Shown here one piece after another: positions 17,883 through 26,017 of a DNA stretch of 64,000 nt; position 1 is the stretch's first letter; each line of letters opens with the position of its first letter. Source of the DNA: Pseudobutyrivibrio sp. (GTDB taxonomy: Bacteria; Bacillota; Clostridia; Lachnospirales; Lachnospiraceae). The stretch is taken from the NCBI GenBank assembly GCA_024697025.1, contig JAILGH010000082.1, positions 15,551 through 79,550 of the forward strand. Reading direction: 5' to 3'. The position numbers and the translations under genes are program-made. The notes below the pieces were generated by a model that ran no database searches, was not told the origin of the DNA, and was given only the letters and a program-made list of their open reading frames with translations.

Positions 17883-18647
17883 CTATATACTATTACTTCT
17901 GTGTAATCTCGCACCATTTACACCTGTTGCAGGATTGATTTCTCTCCTATTTCTATTATCTGCATAAGTATTAACACCCAATCGTACTACTGTTCCATTA
18001 AATCTATTATTTATTCGTAAAGGCATCATTGGTCTATAGCTATTAACAATATCTTGACAAAGATCCAATGGACTTCTACCATTGGAAGCTACAATTGTTT
18101 GATTGTACGTTTCCTCCATATTATTTATATATATCTCGGCATTATTTATAAAGTCGCTTGTTCTACTAATATTACGTCTATTTCGTTCGGCGAGATTCTG
18201 TAAGTTACGAACATTCCTCTCTGGAAAATTTTCAATTCTTCTTTTTCCAATTTCCCTTAAATCTTGTAATAATTCGCGTACAATGTTGGGCTGCAAATTT
18301 CGTATAGGTGTTCCTATATTGATTTGTCTTGCATTGAGAATCTGCTCTCTGTTTAAATTCTCTCTTCTAATAAATTCATTTATATCTCGTTCACATGCCT
18401 CTAATACTCTTCTATTATTGGGTCCATTAAATCCTGACTGTGTTATATTATCTATTGCATGTATATGCTGCCCTGTTGCAACCATGAACGATAACAGTTC
18501 TTCAGCTCTATTGTTATAATCTGCAATGTCATTTTCCAATTGATCCGCAAATCTCCTATACGCAGATAAATCCTCTAATGCTGAGTCTCTTAGATTTTCT
18601 AACAAATCTTTTGCTTCATCTGGACTATAATTTCTTAAATTAATCAT
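17883..18647 (-). CDS. Hypothetical R/N-rich helical island protein (254 aa)
   Basis: RBS TTAAGGAGGTATGAAAA-ATG. Preceded by motif copy 4. No known motif recognised. Confidence 0.55.
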   Translation of the reverse strand: MINLRNYSPDEAKDLLENLRDSALEDLSAYRRFADQLENDIADYNNRAEELLSFMVATGQHIHAIDNITQSGFNGPNNRRVLEACERDINEFIRRENLNREQILNARQINIGTPIRNLQPNIVRELLQDLREIGKRRIENFPERNVRNLQNLAERNRRNISRTSDFINNAEIYINNMEETYNQTIVASNGRSPLDLCQDIVNSYRPMMPLRINNRFNGTVVRLGVNTYADNRNRREINPATGVNGARLHRSNSI

Positions 18648-18699
18648 TTTTCATACCTCCTTAAATAAAACAATTTTTATTAACCGTTCCTATTACTAA

Positions 18700-18726
18700 T
18701 TCAAAAAAATTTCTTCTTTTTTTCCA
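18700..18726 (-). promoter_or_regulatory. Island 27-nt A7/T7 palindromic motif, copy 4
   Basis: The minus strand reads TGGAAAAAAAGAAGAAATTTTTTTGAA followed by TTAGTAAT. It lies 52 nt upstream of the 17883..18647 start. Confidence 0.6.
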
Positions 18727-18805
18727 CATTTTTAAATTTTTATTCCAAAATGGGGGCAAAAAAATTTTATAGAATGCACGACTTTACAATAAAAATTTTT
18801 TACGC

Positions 18806-18852
18806 AAAAAAGACTCCAGGCACCAAATTAATTGGTGCCCAGAGTCTTTTTT
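18806..18852 (-). terminator. Intrinsic (bidirectional) terminator ending the sugar ABC operon
   Basis: AAAAAAGACTCCAGGCACCAA-attaa-TTGGTGCCCAGAGTCTTTTTT, a ~15-bp stem with two mismatches. It sits 33 nt after the permease stop. Confidence 0.8.
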
Positions 18853-18884
18853 ATAAGGATTTGATTGAGAAAATGAAAGCTATT

Positions 18885-19916
18885 TTAGTTATTGCGTCTA
18901 GCCTTAACCAACGCAAATACCGATTGAAGAATGATAAATACACAGAGCAATGCTGCAGTTGCAATGTTTGCCCAGCTTGATAAAAGCTTTCCGTTTGTAT
19001 TTACCAAAACTGTAATTGTACCGTTTATTAATACACCAAACAGGGAGCCGATAACATTTCCGACGCCCCCTGTCAGGAGGGTTCCACCGATTACGGCTGA
19101 TGCGATAGCGTCCATCTCAAGTCCCTTTGCCTGGTTAACTGATCCAGACATTGTGTTCAAGCAGTAGAGGATTCCACCGATTGAGCAAAGGAATGAAGAA
19201 AGGATGTATGAAAGCATCTTAGTCTTTTTAACATTAAGACCCATCATTGTAGCTGAAGTCTGGTTGCCACCTACGGCGTACATGTTTCTACCAAACTTTG
19301 TATACTTAAGCATCAAGAAGATGAGTATAAGCACTAAAAGAGCTATAACAACTGTAGGTCTCATGTAAGGTGCGATTACTTTGCCATGGCGATTTACCTT
19401 GCCCATAAACTCTGGAAGTGTAATCTTTGAGTTTGCCCACTTGTAAAATATTGGGTTGTCAGCTTCTGTAATAGAAATCTGACCAGAGCAGATAACTGCT
19501 GTCATACCACGGGCAAAGAACATACCTGCCATAGTAACGATAAATGGCTGAATCTCTAAGTAGCCTACCAAGAATCCCTGTACAAGGCCAAAGACAAGGC
19601 CGATAACAAGTACCAAAATAACCATTGGCACTGCGCCCATCTTCCACTCAGTCATGCCGTATACCAAAAGCATACAGTCCATGGCGATTACTGAACCTAC
19701 CGAAATATCAATACCGCCAGTAAGCATTACGCAGGTCATACCGCAGGTAACACAAATCAATCCAGCGTTGTTGATAAGTACATTTAAAAATGTTTGGAAG
19801 TTTCCAAATCCCTTATCCTGATACATCACGCAGCCTACTGCATACATAAATACAAATAAGGCAATTGTAATGATGATAAGTACTGTATTTGAATCTAATT
19901 TCTTTCGTGTTTTCAT
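18885..19916 (-). CDS. Sugar ABC transporter permease (YjfF/RbsC-type)
   Basis: 343 aa, polytopic hydrophobic protein. Start overlaps the upstream stop. Last gene of a binder-ATPase-permease-permease operon. Confidence 0.8.
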   Translation of the reverse strand: MKTRKKLDSNTVLIIITIALFVFMYAVGCVMYQDKGFGNFQTFLNVLINNAGLICVTCGMTCVMLTGGIDISVGSVIAMDCMLLVYGMTEWKMGAVPMVILVLVIGLVFGLVQGFLVGYLEIQPFIVTMAGMFFARGMTAVICSGQISITEADNPIFYKWANSKITLPEFMGKVNRHGKVIAPYMRPTVVIALLVLILIFLMLKYTKFGRNMYAVGGNQTSATMMGLNVKKTKMLSYILSSFLCSIGGILYCLNTMSGSVNQAKGLEMDAIASAVIGGTLLTGGVGNVIGSLFGVLINGTITVLVNTNGKLLSSWANIATAALLCVFIILQSVFALVKARRNN

Positions 19917-20962
19917 TATGCTGCCTCCTTTACCTGTGCTCTCTGAGCCTTACGGGCTGCCATGTATGACTTAAAGGCAGGAGCCTGCACAACTACTATG
20001 ATAATAACGATGATAGCCTTAAACACTGGAGCTTTGTCTGTTGATACACCCATGGCAAGAAGTGTTGTTGTGATAGCTTGGATTGTGTAAGCACCGATGA
20101 TTGAACCGGCAAGATTAAACTTACCACCACCAAGTGAGTTACCACCAAGGGCTACTGCAAGGATTGCATCAAGCTCAAAGTTAAGACCAATGTTGTTTGA
20201 ATCTGCAGAGTAAATTCTTGATGAAGCAACGATACCTGCAATACCGGCACAGATGCCGCAAATCAAATAGCAGATAAAGCAAATTACATCTGAATTGATA
20301 CCTGAGATTCTTGCTGCTCTACCATTAATACCAACAGACTGGATATAAAGTCCAAGTGCTGTCTTTCTTAACAGTATGGCAATTATAATAATAACTATTA
20401 TGGCCACAAATACTGGTGTTGGGATTGGACATCCCGGTATGAAGTTACCCAAGTATTTGTATTTCTCATATCGTATATACGTAATCTGGTTGTTGCAAAG
20501 AAGAAGGCCGATAGCTCTTGCCGCTGTAAATAAAATCAAAGTAGCTACCATTGGCTGAATCTTTAGCTTTGCTACAAGTGCTCCGTTGAAAGCACCACAA
20601 ACACCACCCATCAATACACCAAAGAGCATTCCTACTGCCATTGGTACTACTAATGTTGAAACTGAGTTGTTGCCATAGCCTGCAAGCAACATACAGCAGC
20701 TACAAGCTGAAAGTGACATTACTGAACCAACTGAGATATCGGTTCCTGCTGAAACTGCTACTACAAGTGTCTGGCCAACTGCCAGGATAGCAATCTCAGA
20801 ACCACGATTTATAATATCGATTAATCTACCGTATAAAACACCGTTGTTGACACTGACTGAAAAGAATGTTGGGCTCTTAATCAGATTGATCAGCAACACC
20901 AATATCATACAGAATATTGGTAAGAACAGTGGCTTCTTTCTTAAATTCTTTAAATTATCCAT
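19916..20962 (-). CDS. Sugar ABC transporter permease (YtfT/RbsC-type)
   Basis: 348 aa, polytopic. Translationally coupled to both neighbours. Confidence 0.8.
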   Translation of the reverse strand: MDNLKNLRKKPLFLPIFCMILVLLINLIKSPTFFSVSVNNGVLYGRLIDIINRGSEIAILAVGQTLVVAVSAGTDISVGSVMSLSACSCCMLLAGYGNNSVSTLVVPMAVGMLFGVLMGGVCGAFNGALVAKLKIQPMVATLILFTAARAIGLLLCNNQITYIRYEKYKYLGNFIPGCPIPTPVFVAIIVIIIIAILLRKTALGLYIQSVGINGRAARISGINSDVICFICYLICGICAGIAGIVASSRIYSADSNNIGLNFELDAILAVALGGNSLGGGKFNLAGSIIGAYTIQAITTTLLAMGVSTDKAPVFKAIIVIIIVVVQAPAFKSYMAARKAQRAQVKEAA

Positions 20963-22476
20963 TATTCTCCACCTCCTGCAATGGCTGCCATAACTGATTC
21001 CTGAGTCATCTCGCCAGAAATTTCTCCTACCTGAGCACCATCACGCATTACATACATTCTTGTACAAGTACGAAGCATCTCCTCAATTTCTGAAGAAATA
21101 AATACGATACTCATACCATCTTCCTCAGCAAACTTTAACGCAAGCTTCTGGAACTCTGTCTTGGTACCAATATCAATACCTCTGGTAGGCTCATCCAAAA
21201 TCAAGAAATCAGGGTGTGTGCATAACCATCTTGCAAGGATAACCTTTTGTTGATTACCTCCAGATAATTGATTGATTGGAGTCTCACGTGATGCTGTCTT
21301 TATCTGAAGCATATCTATAAACTTATCTGCCAGCTCATTTTGCTTAGAAATAGGAATCTTTTTGAATATTCCATTTCTAGCCTGAAGAGCTAAAATGATA
21401 TTTTCTCTAACTGATAAATCTCCAATACATCCGTCAGCTTTTCTATCATCAGGCAGGTAACCCATACCTGCCTTGATAGCATCAAGTGGCTCTTTGATGT
21501 TAATGTCTTTGCCCTTCATCTTGAGGCCACCAGTCTGGGCTCTGTCTGCACCGTAGATGCAGCGAACCATCTCTGAACGACCAGATCCAAGCAAGCCTGT
21601 AACACCAACCACTTCGCCTTTACGAATTTCAAAATCGAAAGGCTTAATTTTTCCTTTGTGGCTAAGGCCTTTAGCATCAACCACAACTTCATCGGATTTC
21701 TCACCTGTTCCTTCCTTCTTGATAGAAGCAAGATCATCGAAATCCTTGCCAAGCATTGCCGCCACAAGCTTGACACGTGGCATTTCCTCAACAGAGTATT
21801 CACCTGTGAACTCACCGTTTCTAAGAACTGTGATAGTATCACAAACTGCATATACCTGCTCCAGGAAATGAGTTACAAATATTATTCCAACTCCCTTATT
21901 TTTAAGGTCCTTCATAACCTTGAAAAGCTTTTCTACTTCGTTGTCATCAAGTGATGATGTAGGCTCATCAAGAATGAGAACCTTGCAATCCATATCTACA
22001 GCTCTTGCAATAGCTATCATCTGCTGAATTGCAAGAGAATAATTTTCGAGTGCCATTGTTACATCAATGTTGATTTGAAGACCATCCATAATTTCCTTGG
22101 CACGCTTATTCATTTTGCGCCAATTGATGGTACCTATTTTTGTTTTTGGCTCACGGCCGATAAATAAATTTTCCGCTACGGAAAGATTAGGACAAAGGTT
22201 TACTTCCTGATAAACAGTTGCAATACCCTTCTCCTGGGCCTCTAATGTGGAATGATTTACAACAGGCCCGTCAAACCCTGCTACATGGATTTCTCCTGCA
22301 TCTAGAGAATAAACACCTGTCAACACCTTAATAAGTGTAGACTTACCAGCACCGTTCTCTCCCATTAGTGCATGTATCTCGCCCTTTCTAAGAGTAAACT
22401 GTGCATGACTTAATGCTTTTACACCTGGAAAGGATTTGGATATGTCTCGCATAGTGATTAACAAATTTTCATCCAT
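20962..22476 (-). CDS. Sugar ABC transporter ATP-binding protein with duplicated NBDs (YtfR/RbsA/MglA-type)
   Basis: 504 aa. Walker A GENGAGKST and a second P-loop GLLGSGRSE, signature LSGGNQQK, Walker B ILDEPT twice. Confidence 0.9.
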   Translation of the reverse strand: MDENLLITMRDISKSFPGVKALSHAQFTLRKGEIHALMGENGAGKSTLIKVLTGVYSLDAGEIHVAGFDGPVVNHSTLEAQEKGIATVYQEVNLCPNLSVAENLFIGREPKTKIGTINWRKMNKRAKEIMDGLQINIDVTMALENYSLAIQQMIAIARAVDMDCKVLILDEPTSSLDDNEVEKLFKVMKDLKNKGVGIIFVTHFLEQVYAVCDTITVLRNGEFTGEYSVEEMPRVKLVAAMLGKDFDDLASIKKEGTGEKSDEVVVDAKGLSHKGKIKPFDFEIRKGEVVGVTGLLGSGRSEMVRCIYGADRAQTGGLKMKGKDINIKEPLDAIKAGMGYLPDDRKADGCIGDLSVRENIILALQARNGIFKKIPISKQNELADKFIDMLQIKTASRETPINQLSGGNQQKVILARWLCTHPDFLILDEPTRGIDIGTKTEFQKLALKFAEEDGMSIVFISSEIEEMLRTCTRMYVMRDGAQVGEISGEMTQESVMAAIAGGGE

Positions 22477-22608
22477 TTCTTTTCTCCAATGTTTCTTTTT
22501 TAATAATAGGGGAAGGCTTTGGGCCCTCCCCCAGGAATAGTTCTAATTACTTACAATAAAGTTTCGTGATCATTGGTTCTGACCTTTGAATCGTTGTTTT
22601 TCAAAAAT

Positions 22609-23700
22609 TTAGTAAGAAGCCTGTGAAGCTGCATCTGTTACTACAACAAGATCTTCTGTAACTTCCTTACCAGAGTTGTTTGTGTATGTGATAGATGGAA
22701 GAATATCCTCTGCAACATACCATGGCTCTGTCATGAAAGTCTGCTTCTCTACATCTTCACCATTCTTAAGCTGCTGAATGATCTGTGCACAGTACTCACC
22801 CTGAAGTGGATAGCACATAAAGTCTGCATTGATGTCACCAGCCTGTACATACTCAAGACCTGCCTTGCAAGCATCGAATGAAATAAGGATAACGTCCTTG
22901 TCAACACCATACTCAACACCTGCTGCCTTCATGGCATCCATAGCACCAAATGCTTCGTTATCATTCTGGCAAACTACTACGTTGAACTTACCTGCATAAG
23001 ACTTGCAGTAAGACTCCATAACCTTCTGGCCACCATCCTGTGTGAAGTCACCATCCTGAGAATCAATAATCTTCCATCCTTCTTCGTCAGCATACTTCTT
23101 GAAGCCGTCTGTACGTCCGATCTGAGCTGAAGAACCATTTGAACCTTCAATAACAAGAACGTTGATATCAGAAATGCCCTTAGCCTCAGCATAAGCCTTT
23201 AACCAAGCACCAGCTGCAAGACCTTCGTTCATGAACTCTGAACCAACCCATGATACATACTTGTCTGAATCTTCGATTGTTCTATCGATTACGATTACAG
23301 GAATACCTGCATCCTCGCACTCTGTAAGAACTGTGTCCCAACCAGTAGATACGATAGGATCGATTACGATATAATCAACGTCATCCTGGATGAACTGTCT
23401 AACTGCCTCAATCTGCTTTGCAGAATCGTTATCGCAGTCTACAAACTCTAAATCATAACCATTTGCCTCTGAGAAAGCATCTTGAACTGACTTTGTTGAA
23501 GCTGTTCTCCAGTCAGACTCATGTCCAACCTGTGCAAAACCAACGATAATTTTTTCTCCATCGTCTCCTGCACCTGCTTCAGTTGTTGTGCCAGCATCAT
23601 CCCCACCTGCTGCTGGAGCTGAGTCTCCTGCTCCACCACAAGCTACTAATGAAGCAGCCATAAGTGCTGTCAAAATACCAGCAAAAATTCTTTTTTTCAT
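22609..23700 (-). CDS. Sugar-binding lipoprotein of the ABC transporter (YtfQ-like, PBP1 family)
   Basis: Signal peptide with lipobox LVAC-GG. VGFAQVGHESDWRTA ... DPIVSTGWDTVL ... IPVIVIDR closely follows my recollection of E. coli YtfQ (galactofuranose-binding protein). Confidence 0.8.
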   Translation of the reverse strand: MKKRIFAGILTALMAASLVACGGAGDSAPAAGGDDAGTTTEAGAGDDGEKIIVGFAQVGHESDWRTASTKSVQDAFSEANGYDLEFVDCDNDSAKQIEAVRQFIQDDVDYIVIDPIVSTGWDTVLTECEDAGIPVIVIDRTIEDSDKYVSWVGSEFMNEGLAAGAWLKAYAEAKGISDINVLVIEGSNGSSAQIGRTDGFKKYADEEGWKIIDSQDGDFTQDGGQKVMESYCKSYAGKFNVVVCQNDNEAFGAMDAMKAAGVEYGVDKDVILISFDACKAGLEYVQAGDINADFMCYPLQGEYCAQIIQQLKNGEDVEKQTFMTEPWYVAEDILPSITYTNNSGKEVTEDLVVVTDAASQASY

Positions 23701-23798
23701 AAGGTTTTTCTCCTTCCTTCTCCTGTCCGGACCTCCCTCAAATTTCGGTCCTGTTATTTTCTACATTTAATTTATCATTCCCAAAAAACTGCAACAAT

Positions 23799-23982
23799 TA
23801 AATTGGTAGAAAAAATAACGCTTCTAACTATCTGATAATACCAATTTTAAATTTTCACACTTTTTGCATACCAATTTTTATAAACCCTAAAGGATTTACT
23901 ATTTTGGGAGAAATTTTTTATAAAAAGGTGGATTATTTTTAAATTGGTATGGTTCATTAATCTACAAATTTCATACCAATCT
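23799..23982. promoter_or_regulatory. Array of five ATACCAATTT decamers (candidate operator region between the ABC operon and the divergent AraR-like regulator)
   Basis: AAATTGGTA at 23800-23808, ATACCAATTT at 23838 and 23868, AAATTGGTAT at 23941, ATACCAATCT at 23973. Confidence 0.5.
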
Positions 23983-24047
23983 TGTGAACAATGTGTTAAA
24001 ATTTATTTAGGATAATGTAAAGTCTTTGTAAATAGGGGGGATTATTT

Positions 24048-24989
24048 TTGATACCTAAGTACATAACATTAAAAGAAAAAATAAATGAAGAAATTTTACA
24101 GGGAAATTTTCCACTGGGTTCAAAATTACCTACTGAAAACCAACTGGCCAGTCAATACAAGGTAAGTCGTTCCACTATTCGACAGGCGTTGGAGCTTTTG
24201 GAGGCCGATGGTATTATCGCTAAAAAATGGGGTAGCGGAAATACGATAATTTCCAAAAGTGATAATTCTAAAAAGAAAACAGTGATGCTTATTGTTCCAG
24301 ATTTAAAACGTGAGCCAATCTGTCAATGTGTGGATGATATTACTACCATACTTCTAAAAAATGGTTTTCAAATAGAGTGTCACGAAACCAAGAATCAGCT
24401 TTCCAAAGAAAGGGCGGCTCTTTCTCTGATGCTAAATGAGGTGTACGGCGGCCTACTTATTATACCTGCCCAGTCATCTTTTCCTTCTATTAATAAGGAT
24501 ATTGTTGGGCAGCTTTTAAAGAGGCAGACTCCTATCATCTTTATCAACAGTCTGCTATACGGCATTACAGGTGCGCCTATGGTGGAGCTTAATAACTATT
24601 CCAAGGGCTACCAGATGGCCCGCAGCCTCATCAACTCAGGCCATAAAAAGCTAGGTGGCGTATTTATATATGATGACATGGCTTCCGTTAAGTCCTTCTC
24701 AGGCTTTACCGATGCCATCAGGGACGCCAATCTGGAAATTTTCGACGACTGCTTTTTATGGTGCAACAGCAAGGAAAGCACCGGCAGCATGAATCGATTT
24801 TTTAAGCATGCCATCTCAAAGGTATCCTGCATATATCTTGACGATGATCTCATTGCAACGGACGGCACCTTTCCTGTATACTATTGCACTCTTGCGCCAG
24901 GCAAGCCCCTTGGCAAAGAGATTACCCATGCTTTTCTTACATTAAAAAAGAATGGCAACTGCAAATCAATTACCATTCCTTATAAGTGA
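24048..24989 (+). CDS. AraR-like regulator: GntR-type winged HTH fused to a LacI/PBP1-type sugar-binding domain
   Basis: TTG start after GGGGGG. N-terminal LPTENQLASQYKVSRSTIRQALELLEADGII (GntR HTH). The C-terminal ~240 aa have a PBP1-like alternating pattern. Confidence 0.75.
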   Translation: MIPKYITLKEKINEEILQGNFPLGSKLPTENQLASQYKVSRSTIRQALELLEADGIIAKKWGSGNTIISKSDNSKKKTVMLIVPDLKREPICQCVDDITTILLKNGFQIECHETKNQLSKERAALSLMLNEVYGGLLIIPAQSSFPSINKDIVGQLLKRQTPIIFINSLLYGITGAPMVELNNYSKGYQMARSLINSGHKKLGGVFIYDDMASVKSFSGFTDAIRDANLEIFDDCFLWCNSKESTGSMNRFFKHAISKVSCIYLDDDLIATDGTFPVYYCTLAPGKPLGKEITHAFLTLKKNGNCKSITIPYK

Positions 24990-24991
24990 TT

Positions 24992-26017
24992 TTAATATTT
25001 TCTTTCGTCAATAAACTCTTCGGTTAAGTCATCTTTAGTGAACTGGCCTTCATCAACATATGTAAGCTTTGGTGCAGCCTCGCCCTCCTCCAAGAGACTT
25101 ATCATATTATATAGGTAGTTTCCCTGAAGAGGATTGCACTCTACTACCAGACTGATTTTGCCTTCCATGCAAAGCTTCAGTGCGCTTGTGGTGGCATCAA
25201 ATGAAATAATGGTAATTCCTGTGCCGTCACCGTGAGGAATGCCAGCTTCATCTAAGGCTGCAATTGCACCCAGTGCCTCCTCATCATTTTCGCAGTAAAT
25301 AACATCTATCTCTGAACTATGAACCTGCTGCAAGGCATTTTTCATAATCTCCTTTGCCTTCGCCTTGGTGAAATCTCCCGAGCCTTCGGCAACAACCTTC
25401 CAGTTTTCATGCTCCTCCAAGCCCTTTTCCAAAGCCTTGGAACGTCCTATCTGAGCCGATGAGCCCATCGTTCCCTGGATATGCACTATGTTGACTCGTG
25501 GCAAATTGCCTTCGGCATCCGGCTTGTATTTGTTTTCCATGTAGGTGATTGCCTTTTTGCCCTCGGCAGCAAAGTTGGAACCTACAAAGGCTGTGTACAA
25601 AGCTTCGTTGGAAACCATCACATCTCTATCGCAGATAATCACAGGAATGTCTGCCTCCTTGGCCTCCTCCAAAACAGTATCCCAACCCGTCTCAACAATT
25701 GGACTAAGGATAATGTAGTCTACGCCCTGCTGTATAAAGGTGCGAATATCTCGAATCTGATTATCCTGCTTTGACTGACCGTCCTTGTAAATGAGCTTGT
25801 AGCCCTTTTCCTCGGTGAAGGCCTCCTTTACAGAATCCGTAAGGGCCACTCGCCATGCGGACTCTGCTCCCGGTTGGGAAAATCCCACCACTATCAGGTT
25901 GTTGTCATCGTCATAGCTCTGGTCGTCAATCATTTCCGTTGTATTGTTGCAAGCCACGATAAGGATGGTAATAGATAGCATCAATATCAGGCTAAGTAGC
26001 TTCTTAACATTATACAT
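24992..26017 (-). CDS. YtfQ-like periplasmic sugar-binding protein, probable ligand sensor partner of the adjacent histidine kinase
   Basis: N-terminal anchor with Cys (LIVAC). VGFSQPGAESAWRVA ... SPIVETGWDTVL ... IPVIICDR is paralogous to 22609..23700. Overlaps the kinase gene by 8 nt. Confidence 0.75.
   Translation of the reverse strand: MYNVKKLLSLILMLSITILIVACNNTTEMIDDQSYDDDNNLIVVGFSQPGAESAWRVALTDSVKEAFTEEKGYKLIYKDGQSKQDNQIRDIRTFIQQGVDYIILSPIVETGWDTVLEEAKEADIPVIICDRDVMVSNEALYTAFVGSNFAAEGKKAITYMENKYKPDAEGNLPRVNIVHIQGTMGSSAQIGRSKALEKGLEEHENWKVVAEGSGDFTKAKAKEIMKNALQQVHSSEIDVIYCENDEEALGAIAALDEAGIPHGDGTGITIISFDATTSALKLCMEGKISLVVECNPLQGNYLYNMISLLEEGEAAPKLTYVDEGQFTKDDLTEEFIDERKY

Larger units (their letters stand above)
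1..18790. mobile_element. AT-rich type IV secretion / conjugation-like island (left end outside window; right junction somewhere in 18727-18806)
   Basis: Uninterrupted minus-strand block with VirD4-, VirB4- and VirB11-like ATPases, an NlpC/P60 wall hydrolase and many orphan N/K/E-rich proteins. An island-specific 27-nt motif occurs 4x, the last copy at 18700-18726. Hand-counted 60-nt samples give roughly 25-30% GC in orphan genes versus 40-50% in flanking core genes (rough). No integrase, relaxase or att repeats are visible, so mobility is inferred. Confidence 0.6.

Noticed and set aside
9284-18726. Reading the TGG-led 27-nt motif as a sigma-54 (-24/-12) promoter or as an intrinsic terminator
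   Set aside because: There is no GGCAC-like -24 element and no TTGC at the -12 spacing. As a hairpin it would contain only A-U pairs and has no downstream T-tract on the coding strand. Its position upstream of four start codons fits a promoter or operator better.
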